Numbered from the stretch's first letter, positions 9,817-20,519 are shown. The stretch: 64,000 bases of DNA from Candidatus Latescibacterota bacterium (GCA_965198115.1 OZ240241.1:384001-448000), one strand, 5' to 3'. Numbers and translations are program-made. The notes: generated by a model from the letters alone, not told the origin.

Positions 9817-11278
9817 ATGAAGAAAATCCTGCTGGCCCTCGGCTTGGGTCTCTTGGTCCTCGTTTCCCTGCTTCTCGTTCGTACAGTCCTGTTCACCTCC
9901 AAGCAGGTCGTAGTTGAACCCGCTCCTGCCATCGCATTCGATGCTGAGGCGGCCGCCGACCACCTGGCGAAAGCGCTTCGTTTCCCAACAATCTCCCACC
10001 TCGACTCGGCTCAACGGAATAACGAAGCGTTTTCGGCCTTCCGCAGTCACTTGGCCCAGACCTTCCCCCGTCTCCACGGGACGCTTTCCCGAGAGAGTGT
10101 GGGGGAACGTGGAGTGCTATATACGTGGCAGGGCGAAGTGCCGGGCCTGAAGCCTGCCCTGCTCATGGGCCACATCGACGTGGTCCCGGTAGAGCTTGGG
10201 ACAGAGGGAGATTGGGTACACCCACCTTTCGAGGGCCGCATCGCAGACGGCTTCATTTGGGGGCGAGGTGCGATGGACAATAAGGGCGGAGTCCTCGCCC
10301 AGCTTGAGGCTGTTGAGCTCTTGCTCGGAGAGGGGTACCAGCCCGAGCGCACAGTTTACCTCGCCTTTGGGGAGGACGAGGAGGTCGGTGGCCGTTCTGG
10401 TGCCGCACGTATTGCGGATCTGCTTGCCACGCGTGGGGTAGAGCTCGAGTACGTTCTGGACGAAGGCGGAGGCGTTGTTACGGGGGTGCTGCCCCTAACT
10501 GCTCCGGTGGCCTTGGTGGGTATTGCTGAGAAAGGCTACATCAGCCTGGCACTTTCGGCGGTGGGCGAAGGCGGCCACTCTTCACATGCCGCCTCGGCAG
10601 ACCACCGTGGGAATCTTGAGCAGTGCCATCGGCAGGCTCCAGGATAATCCGTTCCCTGGTGGTCTTCGGGGACCCACACGAAAGTTGTTTGCTTATGTGG
10701 GTCTGGAGATGGCGTTCGTTCCTCGAATGCTCTTTGCCAACGTCTGGCTCTTCGGGTCGCTGCTTGAACGGCAGCTGGCCGCCTCACCATCTACAGACGC
10801 CATGCTTCGCACCACCACCGCCCCCACTATGTTCGAAGGAAGCATCAAGGACAACGTATTGCCGGCTCGAGCAGAGGCCGTGGTGAACTTCCGGATCTTC
10901 CCAGGGGAGACCGCTGGGACCGTGATGGAACGAGTGCGAAGTGTGGTTGATGATTCGCGTGTAAAAGTCGAGCCGTTTGCCAACATCAGCGTAGACCCCT
11001 CTCCTGTCTCTCCTACTGACGTGGCGACTTTCGACGTCCTCCAGCGAACCATTCACCAGGTGTTCCTCGATGCCGTAGTTGCACCGTTTTTGGTAATGGG
11101 TGCCACTGATTCCCGATACTACCAAAGGTTGACCGAAACCGTGTATCGCTTTGGGCCGCTTCGGCTGCGCAAAGAAGACCTGGCCCGTCTACATGGCACC
11201 AATGAGCGTATTTCGGTCGAGCACCATGCGGATGCTATCAAGTTCTACAGGCAATTAATTCTCAACTCGGACCCGTGA
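9817..11278 (+). pseudogene. M20 family peptidase (carboxypeptidase S/PM20D1-like), one frameshift
   Basis: GHIDVVP, GRGAMDNK, EDEEVGG, GGHSS|MPP (extra C near 10585), GATDSR, HGTNER. Confidence 0.88.
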
Positions 11279-11319
11279 AGCACATCCACAGGCTCCCACC
11301 TGCCTATCCCAAGGAGCGG

Positions 11320-11360
11320 GGGCAGCACGTTCACGGTGCGGGTGCCGGTCGAGTATCGGG
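11320..11360 (+). repeat. Orphan copy of the histidine kinase 3' tail
   Basis: GGGCAGCACGTTCACGGTGCGGGTGCCGGTCGAGTATCGGG matches 9714-9754. Confidence 0.75.
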
Positions 11361-11454
11361 CCCTTCTGTCTGATGTTTATTGGAAACAGAGGCCGGACAG
11401 GCAGGATTCCCTTGGCCTCGTGTAGAAGTAGCAAACCGTCCTTTGGAGGATGTT

Positions 11455-11934
11455 ATGAGATTCTCAATTAGCACTTTTCTATCTGTCCCGTTCTTGTCCT
11501 TTGCGCTGCTTTCTTGCACCAAACCCTCAATGGATGTGGCTACGGTCCGTAAGGCCATTGAGGACGCGGAAGCCACATTTACAGCGGCGTTCAATCGAGG
11601 TGACGCCGCAGGTGTGGCCGCCTTGTACACAGAAAATGCGACTCTATTGCCACCGAACAGTGAGATGATTCAAGGGAGGCAGGGAATCCAAGATTTTTGG
11701 AATGGCGGTCTCCAAATGGGCCTAAAAGATGTGACCTTAACCACAGTAGATGTTGGCGGTAATGGTGATACCGCTTACTCAACTGGTAAGTACACCCTCA
11801 ATATCCAACCCGAGGGTCAAGAAGGTATGTCGGACTCGGGCAAGTATGTCGTTATCTGGAAACGGCTGGCCGACGGTACGTGGAAGTATCACGTGGATAT
11901 CTGGAACAGCAGCTTGCCGATGCCTGGGCAGTAA
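11455..11934 (+). CDS. DUF4440/SnoaL (NTF2-like) protein with lipoprotein-like signal
   Basis: GGAGG RBS; AAFNRGDAAGVAALYTENA, GKYVVIWKR, WKYHVDIWNS. Confidence 0.88.
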   Translation: MRFSISTFLSVPFLSFALLSCTKPSMDVATVRKAIEDAEATFTAAFNRGDAAGVAALYTENATLLPPNSEMIQGRQGIQDFWNGGLQMGLKDVTLTTVDVGGNGDTAYSTGKYTLNIQPEGQEGMSDSGKYVVIWKRLADGTWKYHVDIWNSSLPMPGQ

Positions 11935-12093
11935 GCTGAGACCGCAGCCCGAACCTACGAGAGCCTCAACAGAAACCGAACGAAGAAGTGGAAAACATGA
12001 ACAGATAAAGGCGTGTGTGTTTGCCGTAGTCCTTCTGAAACGAGATAAACGGAGGGGTTGAAGAACGAACGCTCATCTCCAAACGTCCCCATC

Positions 12094-12179
12094 GTGGAGC
12101 TACTTGTTGGGACCATTGGCGTGGAGAGCGAAGTCGGAAAGGGCAGCACGTTTTACGGTGCGGGTGCCGGTGGAGTATC
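12094..12179 (+). repeat. Second orphan copy of the histidine kinase 3' tail
   Basis: Encodes ELLVGTIGVESEVGKGSTF..., matching the kinase end at 9670-9752, with a 1-nt indel. Confidence 0.75.
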
Positions 12180-12211
12180 AAGAAATCTCGTAAATGTTTA
12201 CGATAAAAAGC

Positions 12212-13631
12212 GGCTCTATCCGGGTTTCTCAACGGTGAAACTATAGAATGACAAGGTCATAGATCGTTCCCTACGCTTGGTTGTGTGTGTAGGACAATCA
12301 AAGCGAAGGGGGTGCGACCTATGACCGGGAGCAGATTACTATCGAAACTGCTGAGATTCAAGGGGTTCCGTGTTGTCAGCTGGTGGTTTGAGGGGAGAAG
12401 CTGTTTCGTCATCGCCGTAAAGCCACATAAGAATGGTTGTTGTTGTCCGGAGTGCGGCCGTCGAGGTAAAATCGTCCGCACAATGCCCCATCCGCGTCGG
12501 TGGCGTGACATTCCGGTGTGCGGGTGGAGGGTCTGGCTTCTCTACCATCCTCGGGAGATTCGGTGTCCTACCCACGGTCGTGTGGTCGAGGAGATTCCGT
12601 GGGCGGAGCGGTTCTCTCGGGTGACGTATCGCTTCGAGTATGCCATGCTGCGCTACTGCCAGACCATGACGCAGAAGGCGGCGTCCGAGTTACTGCGCAT
12701 CTCTGCCTCGACGCTGTCGGATCTCCTTCACCGATCCATCACGCGGCTTCGTGAAGGTCATCGTATCCGAGGGCTCAAAACCATCGGGATCGACGAGATC
12801 TCCTACGCCAAGCGTCACAGGTACGCCACGCTCGTTTACGATCTGGACCGCTCCTGCGTGGTGTGGGTTGGCCGCGGCAGGGCGCGTAAAACGATCGATC
12901 GGTTCTTCACAGAGGCTCTCAGTCCCTACCAGAGATCCAAGATCGAGTGGGCCTGCTGCGACATGAGCGAAGCTTACATCGGAGCCATCCAGGAACACTG
13001 TCCGAATGCCAAGCTGGTCCTCGATCGCTTTCACATCGTCAAGGCTCTCAATGCCGCCGTTGACGAGGTCCGTAAGGACCAGTGGCGTAAAGCTGCCCCG
13101 GATGAGCGCAAAGCCATGAAGGGCCTCCGATGGCTCCTCTACCGGCACTCAGCGACACGCTCCAGAGGGGATACTCGGACACTCAAAGCACTGGAGAAGG
13201 CGAACTACCGAATCTATAGAGCCTGGAGACTCAAGGACGAGTTCGAGCAGTTCTGGGAATACAAAGCGCCCTGGGCTGCCGAACGCTTCCTGAAATGCTG
13301 GACGACGTCCGCACTCAGAAGTCGACTTGAACCCCTGCGAAAGTTCGTCAGGACCCTGCGACAGCACTTCTTCGGCGTCCTCGCATTCGTGAACACGCGT
13401 CTTACCAACGCCATCGCCGAAGGCCTCAACCGAATCGTCCAAATCGTCAAGAACCGAGCCAGCGGATTCCGCACACTCGACGCATTCAACGATATGATCT
13501 TCCTTACCGTCGGAGACATAAACATCCCTGAGCAGATTCCGAAGAGGTTCCGCACACTCTAACCGCGCCCCCATGCCAGGAACCACGGCACCTTCACCCA
13601 CTTCATCTCGTTGAGAGATCCGGATATAGCC
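12212..13631 (+). mobile_element. ISL3-family element, copy A
   Basis: IRs GGCTCTATCCGGGTTTCTCAACG / CGTTGAGAGATCCGGATATAGCC; flanks TAAAAAGC / AAAAAAGC (7 of 8 match). Confidence 0.95.
12321..13562 (+). CDS. ISL3 transposase (intact)
   Basis: Zinc finger CPECG...CPTHG, IGIDE, CDMS, LDRFH, TNAIAEGLN. Confidence 0.95.
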   Translation: MTGSRLLSKLLRFKGFRVVSWWFEGRSCFVIAVKPHKNGCCCPECGRRGKIVRTMPHPRRWRDIPVCGWRVWLLYHPREIRCPTHGRVVEEIPWAERFSRVTYRFEYAMLRYCQTMTQKAASELLRISASTLSDLLHRSITRLREGHRIRGLKTIGIDEISYAKRHRYATLVYDLDRSCVVWVGRGRARKTIDRFFTEALSPYQRSKIEWACCDMSEAYIGAIQEHCPNAKLVLDRFHIVKALNAAVDEVRKDQWRKAAPDERKAMKGLRWLLYRHSATRSRGDTRTLKALEKANYRIYRAWRLKDEFEQFWEYKAPWAAERFLKCWTTSALRSRLEPLRKFVRTLRQHFFGVLAFVNTRLTNAIAEGLNRIVQIVKNRASGFRTLDAFNDMIFLTVGDINIPEQIPKRFRTL

Positions 13632-13676
13632 AAAAAAGCTGATACCAGACTACATACTCAATCACTGGAGGATACG

Positions 13677-14021
13677 ATGCCAACACTCTACGTCAGGAAA
13701 TTCGATCTGAAACCGTCACTGAGCGAGAGCGAAGTTCTCGATTTCTGGAAGCTCGGCATGAACGAGATGATGCCCGCGATGCGTCAGATTGAAGGCGTTA
13801 ATTCCGTGAAGGTCTATTCAGGTGCTGGTGGTTTGGTCGGGGACCTTCGGGTCATGGCCGAACTGGACAATGCAGGTGTATACGAGCAGATATTGGTGGA
13901 TCCCAAGACGAGCAAGCTAAACGCCAGGGCCTACACGAACATTGACATGAGGACTTCGTCTCAGCTCTGGATGCGAGAGATTACGCCTGAGCTCGTGGAC
14001 GCGATGGGTACTACAGAGTAG
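13677..14021 (+). CDS. Hypothetical protein (possible dimeric alpha/beta barrel)
   Basis: GGAGG RBS before ATG 13677; globular composition. Confidence 0.65.
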   Translation: MPTLYVRKFDLKPSLSESEVLDFWKLGMNEMMPAMRQIEGVNSVKVYSGAGGLVGDLRVMAELDNAGVYEQILVDPKTSKLNARAYTNIDMRTSSQLWMREITPELVDAMGTTE

Positions 14022-14054
14022 GAGAGAGTTTTTTTAAGCTGGGAGGATCCCAAG

Positions 14055-14152
14055 ATGTCGAACCTGACCGATGAGGATGTGAACGCGATTCACCAGCTCG
14101 TCGATGAGTGGTCGGCGGCTGGTGAGGTTTCAGATTGGGACAAGACGCTTAG
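14055..14152 (+). pseudogene. 5' fragment of a SnoaL/NTF2-like gene cut by IS1380
   Basis: GGGAGG RBS, MSNLTDEDVNAIHQLVDEWSAA...; ends at the IS terminus and no continuation is seen. Confidence 0.5.
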
Positions 14153-15683
14153 CCTGAATTATGCCTAAAAAAGGTAGTCTCCTTGTACAAGTGTTTGTTT
14201 TTACCTACATTAGGGCTGACACATCAAAACAACCACTTGGAAGGAACTACCGTGATAGAACCTAGTCAGATCCGGTTACCATTCGCAAGCATTTCGGGCA
14301 AGGTAGTTGAGGCTGATTTTGCCGGTGGCGCCGTCAGGAGTGACGGTGGAGTTCTGTTGCTTCGCGCCCTTGAGTCTCAGATGGGATTGATCGCCAGAAT
14401 GGTAGATGCTTTGCGAGATCGTCGTCACCCAAGCTATATCGATCACACGCTTTTGGATCTTGTGAAGCAGCGTGTTTTTCAGATCGCTTGCGGCTATGAA
14501 GATGCCGTCGATTGTGATGATTTGCGACGCTCGGATTTGTATCGGCTCGCACGGGCTTTTGTAGACGGGTTCATCGCATCGTATGACCAGGCACCCCCAA
14601 GCATCATTCTCGATATCGACGACACGGATGACCCAACGCACGGTGCGCAACAATTTTCACTCTTCAACGCGTATTACAATGAACACTGCTATATGCCGCT
14701 ACATATCTATGAAGGCCAAAGCGGCAAGCTCATTACGACGATCTTGAGACCCGGGCATCCGACGAACGGTAAACAGGTCGTTTCTATTCTCAAGCGCTTG
14801 GTGGAACACCTACGCGGATCTTGGCCAAACGTGGAGATCATCGTTCGCGCAGACTCAAAGTTCAGCTCACCAGAGATGCACGATTTCTGCGAAGACAACG
14901 GTATCTACTACGTTCTGGGCCAGGGCGCCAACTCCAAGCTCAAAGCGGCTGGACAAAACCTGATGGACCAAGCGCTACGTCTGAGCGAGCATAAGGAGAC
15001 GATTCGCTTGTTCTCATCCTTCTCATATCAGGCTGGCACCTACCGGCAGCCTCGCCGGATCATTCACAAGGCTGAAGTCACAAACGGCGAAGCAAATCCA
15101 AGATACCGCGTGACCAATTTACAGAGTAATCGAGACGGCTTTATCTATGATCGTATCTACTGCGCAAGGGGACGCACGGAAGGCTTCATCAAGGACCACA
15201 AAACATTCCTTCACTCCGATCGAACATCGTGCCACAAGTTTGAAGCCAACCAGTTCCGACTCTTTCTACACAGTGCTGCATACGCCTTGCTTCACGCACT
15301 CCGATCACAGGGACTCAAGGGCACCGCGTGGACCAAACCTCAGGTCAACACGATACAGAACCGTTTCCTCAAAATCGGCGCGAGAGTCATTGAAAGCGCA
15401 CGAAGAATCCGATTCCATTTTCCAACATCGTATCCACTCAAAAACGTCTTGGTGTCAATCATCACCAGGCTCGAAACGAACACGCAGTAACAACGCCGAT
15501 CTATACCGGGGACAGCTATGTACACGTCGCAAAACAACACCTGTTCCGGACGAAAATCGTGACTCTTGCGACTCGTAGAGACCGCTTACGGGACCTTGGA
15601 CATCCGAAGAAGCCGAGAACAAATCCTGTGCGTGATCACATCACTCCAAAACAACCTAAACTCAAATTCATGCATGATTCAGG
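14153..15683 (+). mobile_element. IS1380-family element, copy A (99-bp internal deletion)
   Basis: IRs CCTGAATTATGC / GCATGATTCAGG; near-identical to 28180-31189 (-). Confidence 0.93.
14252..15490 (+). CDS. IS1380 transposase lacking 33 aa (probably inactive)
   Basis: SDGGVLL, LDIDDTDDPTHGAQQ, VRADS, YCARGRTE; lacks the HDPG...ENDVR segment present in copy B. Confidence 0.88.
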   Translation: MIEPSQIRLPFASISGKVVEADFAGGAVRSDGGVLLLRALESQMGLIARMVDALRDRRHPSYIDHTLLDLVKQRVFQIACGYEDAVDCDDLRRSDLYRLARAFVDGFIASYDQAPPSIILDIDDTDDPTHGAQQFSLFNAYYNEHCYMPLHIYEGQSGKLITTILRPGHPTNGKQVVSILKRLVEHLRGSWPNVEIIVRADSKFSSPEMHDFCEDNGIYYVLGQGANSKLKAAGQNLMDQALRLSEHKETIRLFSSFSYQAGTYRQPRRIIHKAEVTNGEANPRYRVTNLQSNRDGFIYDRIYCARGRTEGFIKDHKTFLHSDRTSCHKFEANQFRLFLHSAAYALLHALRSQGLKGTAWTKPQVNTIQNRFLKIGARVIESARRIRFHFPTSYPLKNVLVSIITRLETNTQ

Positions 15684-15887
15684 CTAGAGAATCTGTGCCT
15701 AATTGGTTCTAGGCTGGCGCGGACACTTCCCATAGACCGCGGCCACCATCGCCTCCGATGCGGCGCATCCTGCGGCGAAGACCCGACCTAGTGATCGAGT
15801 TTCTCGGTCAGTTGCTTAATCTTGAACGTGAACTTTCGGAGATCCGGGCCCAACTCATAACCCACAGAGCATCGCACCCATCTGTTG

Positions 15888-17039
15888 CTACGACTGACCC
15901 AGTGTCCACCTCGTCGCAGCCACGTGGGTCACGCTGTCGCCGAGGGTGAAGTAGTAGACCGTGAACAGCGAGCCATCCGAAAGCTCGACAGTCCGCGGGT
16001 ATCCCAGATCGGAGGACGCGCCTTTTCCCGCGACAGTTCCGTCGGTAGTCAGACCGTCATCGCGCAGCACAATCTCGTTGTCGATATCCCACGTCTCGCA
16101 TCCATCGTGAGACAGACAGGCGCGCACGCCGTAAGGGGCGCGCCGGTGACCGTAGCTGCACAGCACATCTCCGTTGCTGAGTAGCAGCAGCTGGGGTGGA
16201 TACCCCCACATGCCGGTCTTCTTCACCTCGCTCCAGGTCTTACCCCCATCGTCCGAGTGCGTCTGCCAAAGGAACTTCTCTTCCACCGGGACCGACTTGC
16301 TGGCGCTGGCTATTCGGACCAGCGCCACGATGCGTCCGCTAGGGAGATACAAAAGAGAGCTTTCGTTAAACGGATGCACATCCCCGTCGTAGGCCATCGT
16401 GACCATGTCCCAGGTCTCGCCCGCATCCTCCGACCGAAGCACCCACGCTCGAAATGGATCGCCGGCAGCCGCGCTGCCGTAAGCCTGGTGGACGATCGTA
16501 TCGTCGGGTAGCACACAGCTCTTCAGGTCCGTCCCGCTTCGAATCAGCGCGAAAAAAGGCAGCTCTTCGCCACTACCCAGAGTGCGAGACTCCCAGTATT
16601 CTTCACCTGCTCTTTTTCGATGCATTTCCAAGCTGTGTTCAACGCTGATCTGGTCAGGGTACTCACCCACAGCGAATCCGCGGTTGGCGAACGCTTCCTT
16701 CTGCTCGAGCGGATAGGTGTTGACCGGCTTTGAGATCCTGATCTGTGTGCCATCGCTTAACACACCGCTCCTCAGCGTTTCGGGACACGAGCAGTACGCT
16801 TCGTCTTTCCCTTCCTCGAACCAGCTATCACCCTCGTCTGGTGAATAGAGTTCCACGTGACCCGTCGCCCCTCCCGCTAGACCGCCTGCGTGAGAGTGCG
16901 CAGCCCCTTCAATGCCCCGCGCCAGTGGGGTATGTGAATTCCAACTGAATTCGATCCAGAGTTCATCGCTTTCTCCCTTCGCGACTGAGGGAAAGCTGGA
17001 ATAGCGAGTTTCGTCCCAATAGAGCACTGAATGTTTCAT
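15888..17039 (-). CDS. Sialidase-family / BNR Asp-box beta-propeller protein
   Basis: Asp boxes SPDEGDSW, SEDAGETW, SDDGGKTW, SHDGCETW; DLGYP motif. Confidence 0.85.
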   Translation of the reverse strand: MKHSVLYWDETRYSSFPSVAKGESDELWIEFSWNSHTPLARGIEGAAHSHAGGLAGGATGHVELYSPDEGDSWFEEGKDEAYCSCPETLRSGVLSDGTQIRISKPVNTYPLEQKEAFANRGFAVGEYPDQISVEHSLEMHRKRAGEEYWESRTLGSGEELPFFALIRSGTDLKSCVLPDDTIVHQAYGSAAAGDPFRAWVLRSEDAGETWDMVTMAYDGDVHPFNESSLLYLPSGRIVALVRIASASKSVPVEEKFLWQTHSDDGGKTWSEVKKTGMWGYPPQLLLLSNGDVLCSYGHRRAPYGVRACLSHDGCETWDIDNEIVLRDDGLTTDGTVAGKGASSDLGYPRTVELSDGSLFTVYYFTLGDSVTHVAATRWTLGQS

Positions 17040-17294
17040 GCTTATCTCCAGCTGTTTATCATAGATTCAGATCGCTCGTTCGAAATCGTTCGGAAAAGGT
17101 TCTTCAGGATTACAGTGGACCCACCAGAGACAAGACGCCTCAGACTATTGAGAAGCCTATCGCCCACACGTTAGCGGCCCAGGTAGAGGCGGCAGCGAAC
17201 AATATCGTTGTTTCACCTCCAGGGGTGATAGGGCGGGGTGGGGAGGCACTTGGGGGTTGTCACAGGTGTCGTCACCGAGCAGGATCGTACTGGA

Positions 17295-17390
17295 GCCTGC
17301 CCTGAGCGGAGTCGAAGGGGCCTGGGCCCACAAGCCCCCGCGGCGCCTGAGCGGGACTTTTCTGGTTCTCTTTTGGTCACAAAAGAGAAC
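17295..17390. repeat. REP-like element plus a dispersed repeat ending in a hairpin
   Basis: GCCTGCCCTGAGCGGAGTCGAAGGG, then GCCCCCGCGGCGCCTGAGCGGGACTTTTCTG + GTTCTCTTTTG-GTCA-CAAAAGAGAAC; second copy at 56715-56772 (-). Confidence 0.7.
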
Positions 17391-17507
17391 ACACAAATAA
17401 GATCGCGAAAAAGGAAGCGCGTTAGCCATCCACAATTCTGCGTGAGAAACCGTGATGGAGAAGCTTCAGGTACGAGAAACGCACGTGAGTGCCAACGGAG
17501 ACGTCCC

Positions 17508-19046
17508 ATGCAACCGATTGACGTAGGATCGAGCAAGCAACTTTTCGTCGACGACAGGTTCATCGCCTCCAGCAGGGATGTGGACCTCGTGATGAATCCC
17601 CCCTACCAATTCCCGGACCCGGTCCTGATCCCCGAGGCCCCGTGGGAGGATCCGCCTACGATGAGCTTCGGGATCTACAACAGCGTGCTGCAGGAGGAGG
17701 ACGGGCGGATCCGCATCTGGTACTCCATTCGATCCGAAGGCGAGCCAGGTGAAGGCCTCGAAAAAGACTACGTCGCGTATGCCGAGTCGACCGACGGCAT
17801 CCACTTCGAGAAACCCGAACTTGGCCTCGTCGAACACGGCGGCTCAACGGCCAACAACATAACCATACCTGGGAAGCCCGGCGGCAGCTCGATCTGGATC
17901 GACCCGAACGCCCCGCCTCAAGAGCGGTACAAGAACCAGTGTAAAGTCTACAATCCCGACGTGGCCATGCAGTTACACATGCACGGCTCGCCGGACGGCA
18001 TCAACTGGACGTTTCTCCGCCGGATTCAACTCAAGTGGCGCGGGGGCTGGGACACCCAGAGCATCGTCTTCTGGGACCCCGCCATCGGTCGCTACGTCCT
18101 CTACACCCGTCACTGGTACGCCAAACGGCATACCACGGCCGAGGGAAACGAGAACTATCGAACGGTTAGAAGACTCGAGTCGGACGACCTGGCCAACTGG
18201 GACAACCAACGTATCGTCATGTGGCCGGACGACGTCGATCGCGCGACGTATGACGTCGACCCGCCGCTCGATCCGCAAGGCCCCGAGAAACCCTACGGTA
18301 AAGTGCCCGTCGACTACTACGGCGCCCCGGTCTTCAAGTACCCCGACGAACACGGTATCTACGTCATGCTGGCCGGCGCCAACTGGGATTTCTATCCCCG
18401 CGACCGCGTCGTGACGCGAGTCCGCGACGACCTGGAGGTCGCCCGCGAAGAAACGGAGGAGGTCTACGGCCCCAGCCGCTTCGACAGCCGCTTGTCCGTG
18501 AGTCGAGACGGCATCCACTTCCATCGCTGTGGTGGACGCCGGCCGTTCCTGAGCCCCGGGCCCGAGGGCAGCTTTTCGTCTCGCATGGTTTGGACCATGC
18601 TGCACCCCGTTCGGATGGGAGACGAGCTGTGGTTCTACTTCAGCGGAACCAGCCGGGACCACAGCGGTACGCTCGATCCGGCGGCCAATGGCCGGTCGGG
18701 GATCGGGCGCGCCGTCATGCGCCTGGATGGATTCGTATCGGCCGATGCCGGCTACGGGGGCGGCGAGCTCGTCACGCCCATCATCCGTTTCGAGGGGAAT
18801 CGCCTCGAGCTGAACCTCGACACGGGCGGCGGGGGTTCGGTGAGAGTGGAAATCCAGGATGCATACGGCACGCCAATCGGCTCCTACACCGAACAGGATG
18901 CGACCTTCATATGCGGCAACTCGGTCCGCATGCCGGTCTCCTGGGGCGAGAATCAGGACATCAGCGAGCTGGCGGGAAAACCCATACGACTACGCTTTGT
19001 CATGCGCGACTGCAAGCTCTACGCGTTTCAATTCACCGGTGCTTAG
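17508..19046 (+). CDS. Glycoside hydrolase-like five-bladed propeller protein
   Basis: KQLFVDD, YAESTDGIHFEKPELG, SPDGINW, SRDGIHF, MRLDGFVS, KLYAFQF; GGAG RBS before ATG 17508. Confidence 0.75.
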   Translation: MQPIDVGSSKQLFVDDRFIASSRDVDLVMNPPYQFPDPVLIPEAPWEDPPTMSFGIYNSVLQEEDGRIRIWYSIRSEGEPGEGLEKDYVAYAESTDGIHFEKPELGLVEHGGSTANNITIPGKPGGSSIWIDPNAPPQERYKNQCKVYNPDVAMQLHMHGSPDGINWTFLRRIQLKWRGGWDTQSIVFWDPAIGRYVLYTRHWYAKRHTTAEGNENYRTVRRLESDDLANWDNQRIVMWPDDVDRATYDVDPPLDPQGPEKPYGKVPVDYYGAPVFKYPDEHGIYVMLAGANWDFYPRDRVVTRVRDDLEVAREETEEVYGPSRFDSRLSVSRDGIHFHRCGGRRPFLSPGPEGSFSSRMVWTMLHPVRMGDELWFYFSGTSRDHSGTLDPAANGRSGIGRAVMRLDGFVSADAGYGGGELVTPIIRFEGNRLELNLDTGGGGSVRVEIQDAYGTPIGSYTEQDATFICGNSVRMPVSWGENQDISELAGKPIRLRFVMRDCKLYAFQFTGA

Positions 19047-19103
19047 CAACGGAGTGCCCCTTTGCGACAGCGTACATAGCGGGTACATCGGAGGAATCTA
19101 CAC

Positions 19104-19904
19104 GTGAAAAGACGCTTCACGAGAACCGGACTCGGAATCGTTGGCATCTATGTCCTGATCTGCGTGAGCGTATACTTCGTACAGGAGAAACTCATCTTCA
19201 GACCGGCCGCGCTGCCTGAGGATCACGTTTTCAAATTCGAAGGAGACTGGGAGGAGATTTGGCTCGATGCCGCCGATTCCGCAAGGGTGAACGGCGTCCT
19301 TTTCCGACAGCGGAGCCCTGGAGGTGTGGTCTATTTTCTTCACGGCAACGCTTACAACATCGAGAGGGTCACGTCGTTCTGGAAAGCAACGCGAAGCAAT
19401 GGCTACGACATGCTGGCCATCGATTACCGAACCTATGGTAAGAGCACGGGCCCACTATCTATGGAAGGCATCTACAAAGATGCCGAAGCCGGCTGGCAAT
19501 ACCTGAGCGAACAATATGGATCAGACAAGATTGTGCTCTACGGCGCTTCGCTTGGCACCGGCATCGCCACACATATCGCCAGGAGCCATCCTCCCAGGAA
19601 GTTGATTCTCCAGGCGCCCTATACCAGCATTGAGGACATCGCCCGGGAGCGATACCCCTGGCTGCCGGTCCGTCTATTGCTCGAATATCCTTTCCCCAGT
19701 GTCGACAACTTGAAGGGTCTTCCCAGCGAGGTGCTCATTCTCCACGGCACAGAGGACAGAATCATCCCGTATGCACACGGAAAAGCAATGGCCGAAGCTG
19801 CCCATTCGGCATCGCTCATCACACTCGTTGGTGCCGGTCACAACAACCTCCTCGGAAGACCTGGATTCCACCAGGCATTCGATGCCTTCCTGAACAGCCC
19901 CTGA
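19104..19904 (+). CDS. Alpha/beta hydrolase (ABHD13/Bem46-like)
   Basis: FLHGNA, GASLGT nucleophile, LHGTEDRII, GAGHN. Confidence 0.9.
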   Translation: MKRRFTRTGLGIVGIYVLICVSVYFVQEKLIFRPAALPEDHVFKFEGDWEEIWLDAADSARVNGVLFRQRSPGGVVYFLHGNAYNIERVTSFWKATRSNGYDMLAIDYRTYGKSTGPLSMEGIYKDAEAGWQYLSEQYGSDKIVLYGASLGTGIATHIARSHPPRKLILQAPYTSIEDIARERYPWLPVRLLLEYPFPSVDNLKGLPSEVLILHGTEDRIIPYAHGKAMAEAAHSASLITLVGAGHNNLLGRPGFHQAFDAFLNSP

Positions 19905-20064
19905 AGCCGGTAGCCTCCAGCACAGACACGCATCCGCTTCGGATATCAGCACGGACAATCACGAGGAGCGAAACAGATGCAGCACCTGGACGAAGCGGCA
20001 GTCATCAACAGCAGGCACTGGGAAGAAATGGTCAAGCAGGGGAGTCCAAACGTCCGATACTCCG

Positions 20065-20431
20065 CTATTTCTTCACCCACTGCTGGAACCAGATCTCGTA
20101 CTCATCAGGACCCATCAACAGGAAGGTTCTAGCTCCGTAGTCCTGGTCCTGGATCTCGGACACCTCGTATCCTTTGGCCCCGAGTTTCGCGTGAAGGTCA
20201 TCGACGTCCCGCAGTTCAAAGTAAAGACGCATCCGCTTCGGATCCCCCGACTCTTCATCAGGCAGCATGTGATGAAGATACAGCGTCCAATCTCCGTGTT
20301 TGAGCACTGCGAAATCGAGCTCCCCTCGTCCTCGAACTTGAAGCCCACCGTGAATCCAAGGGCCCCCGTGAAGAATTCGACAGCCTTTCGACGTCGGATA
20401 CGTGGAGTTCTGGAAACATCTTTGTGAACAT
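20065..20431 (-). pseudogene. VOC/glyoxalase family protein, frameshifted
   Basis: Pieces in three frames: MFTKMFPELHVSDVER, GFKFEDEG, LYFELRDVDDLHAKL...QDYGARTF. Confidence 0.7.
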
Positions 20432-20519
20432 GTGCTCGGTCTCTCTGTAGGTGTTGGTGGGTTGGGGGCTTCCTTCGTGCACTGTTCCGCGGTGAATGGT
20501 GGCCTGTATGGGGCTATTC

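Noticed and set aside
9670-12180. Integron attC sites or a DGR template/variable repeat to explain the kinase-tail copies
   Set aside because: No attC-like inverted core boxes, differences are not confined to adenines, and there is no integrase or reverse transcriptase in the window.
15684-15890. Possible additional IS left end with a short coiled-coil ORF (15758..15949)
   Set aside because: No partner IR or catalytic motifs; too little evidence.
12078-20056. Shared 11-mer TCCAAACGTCC at two fragment junctions
   Set aside because: A match of this length is expected by chance in 64 kb.
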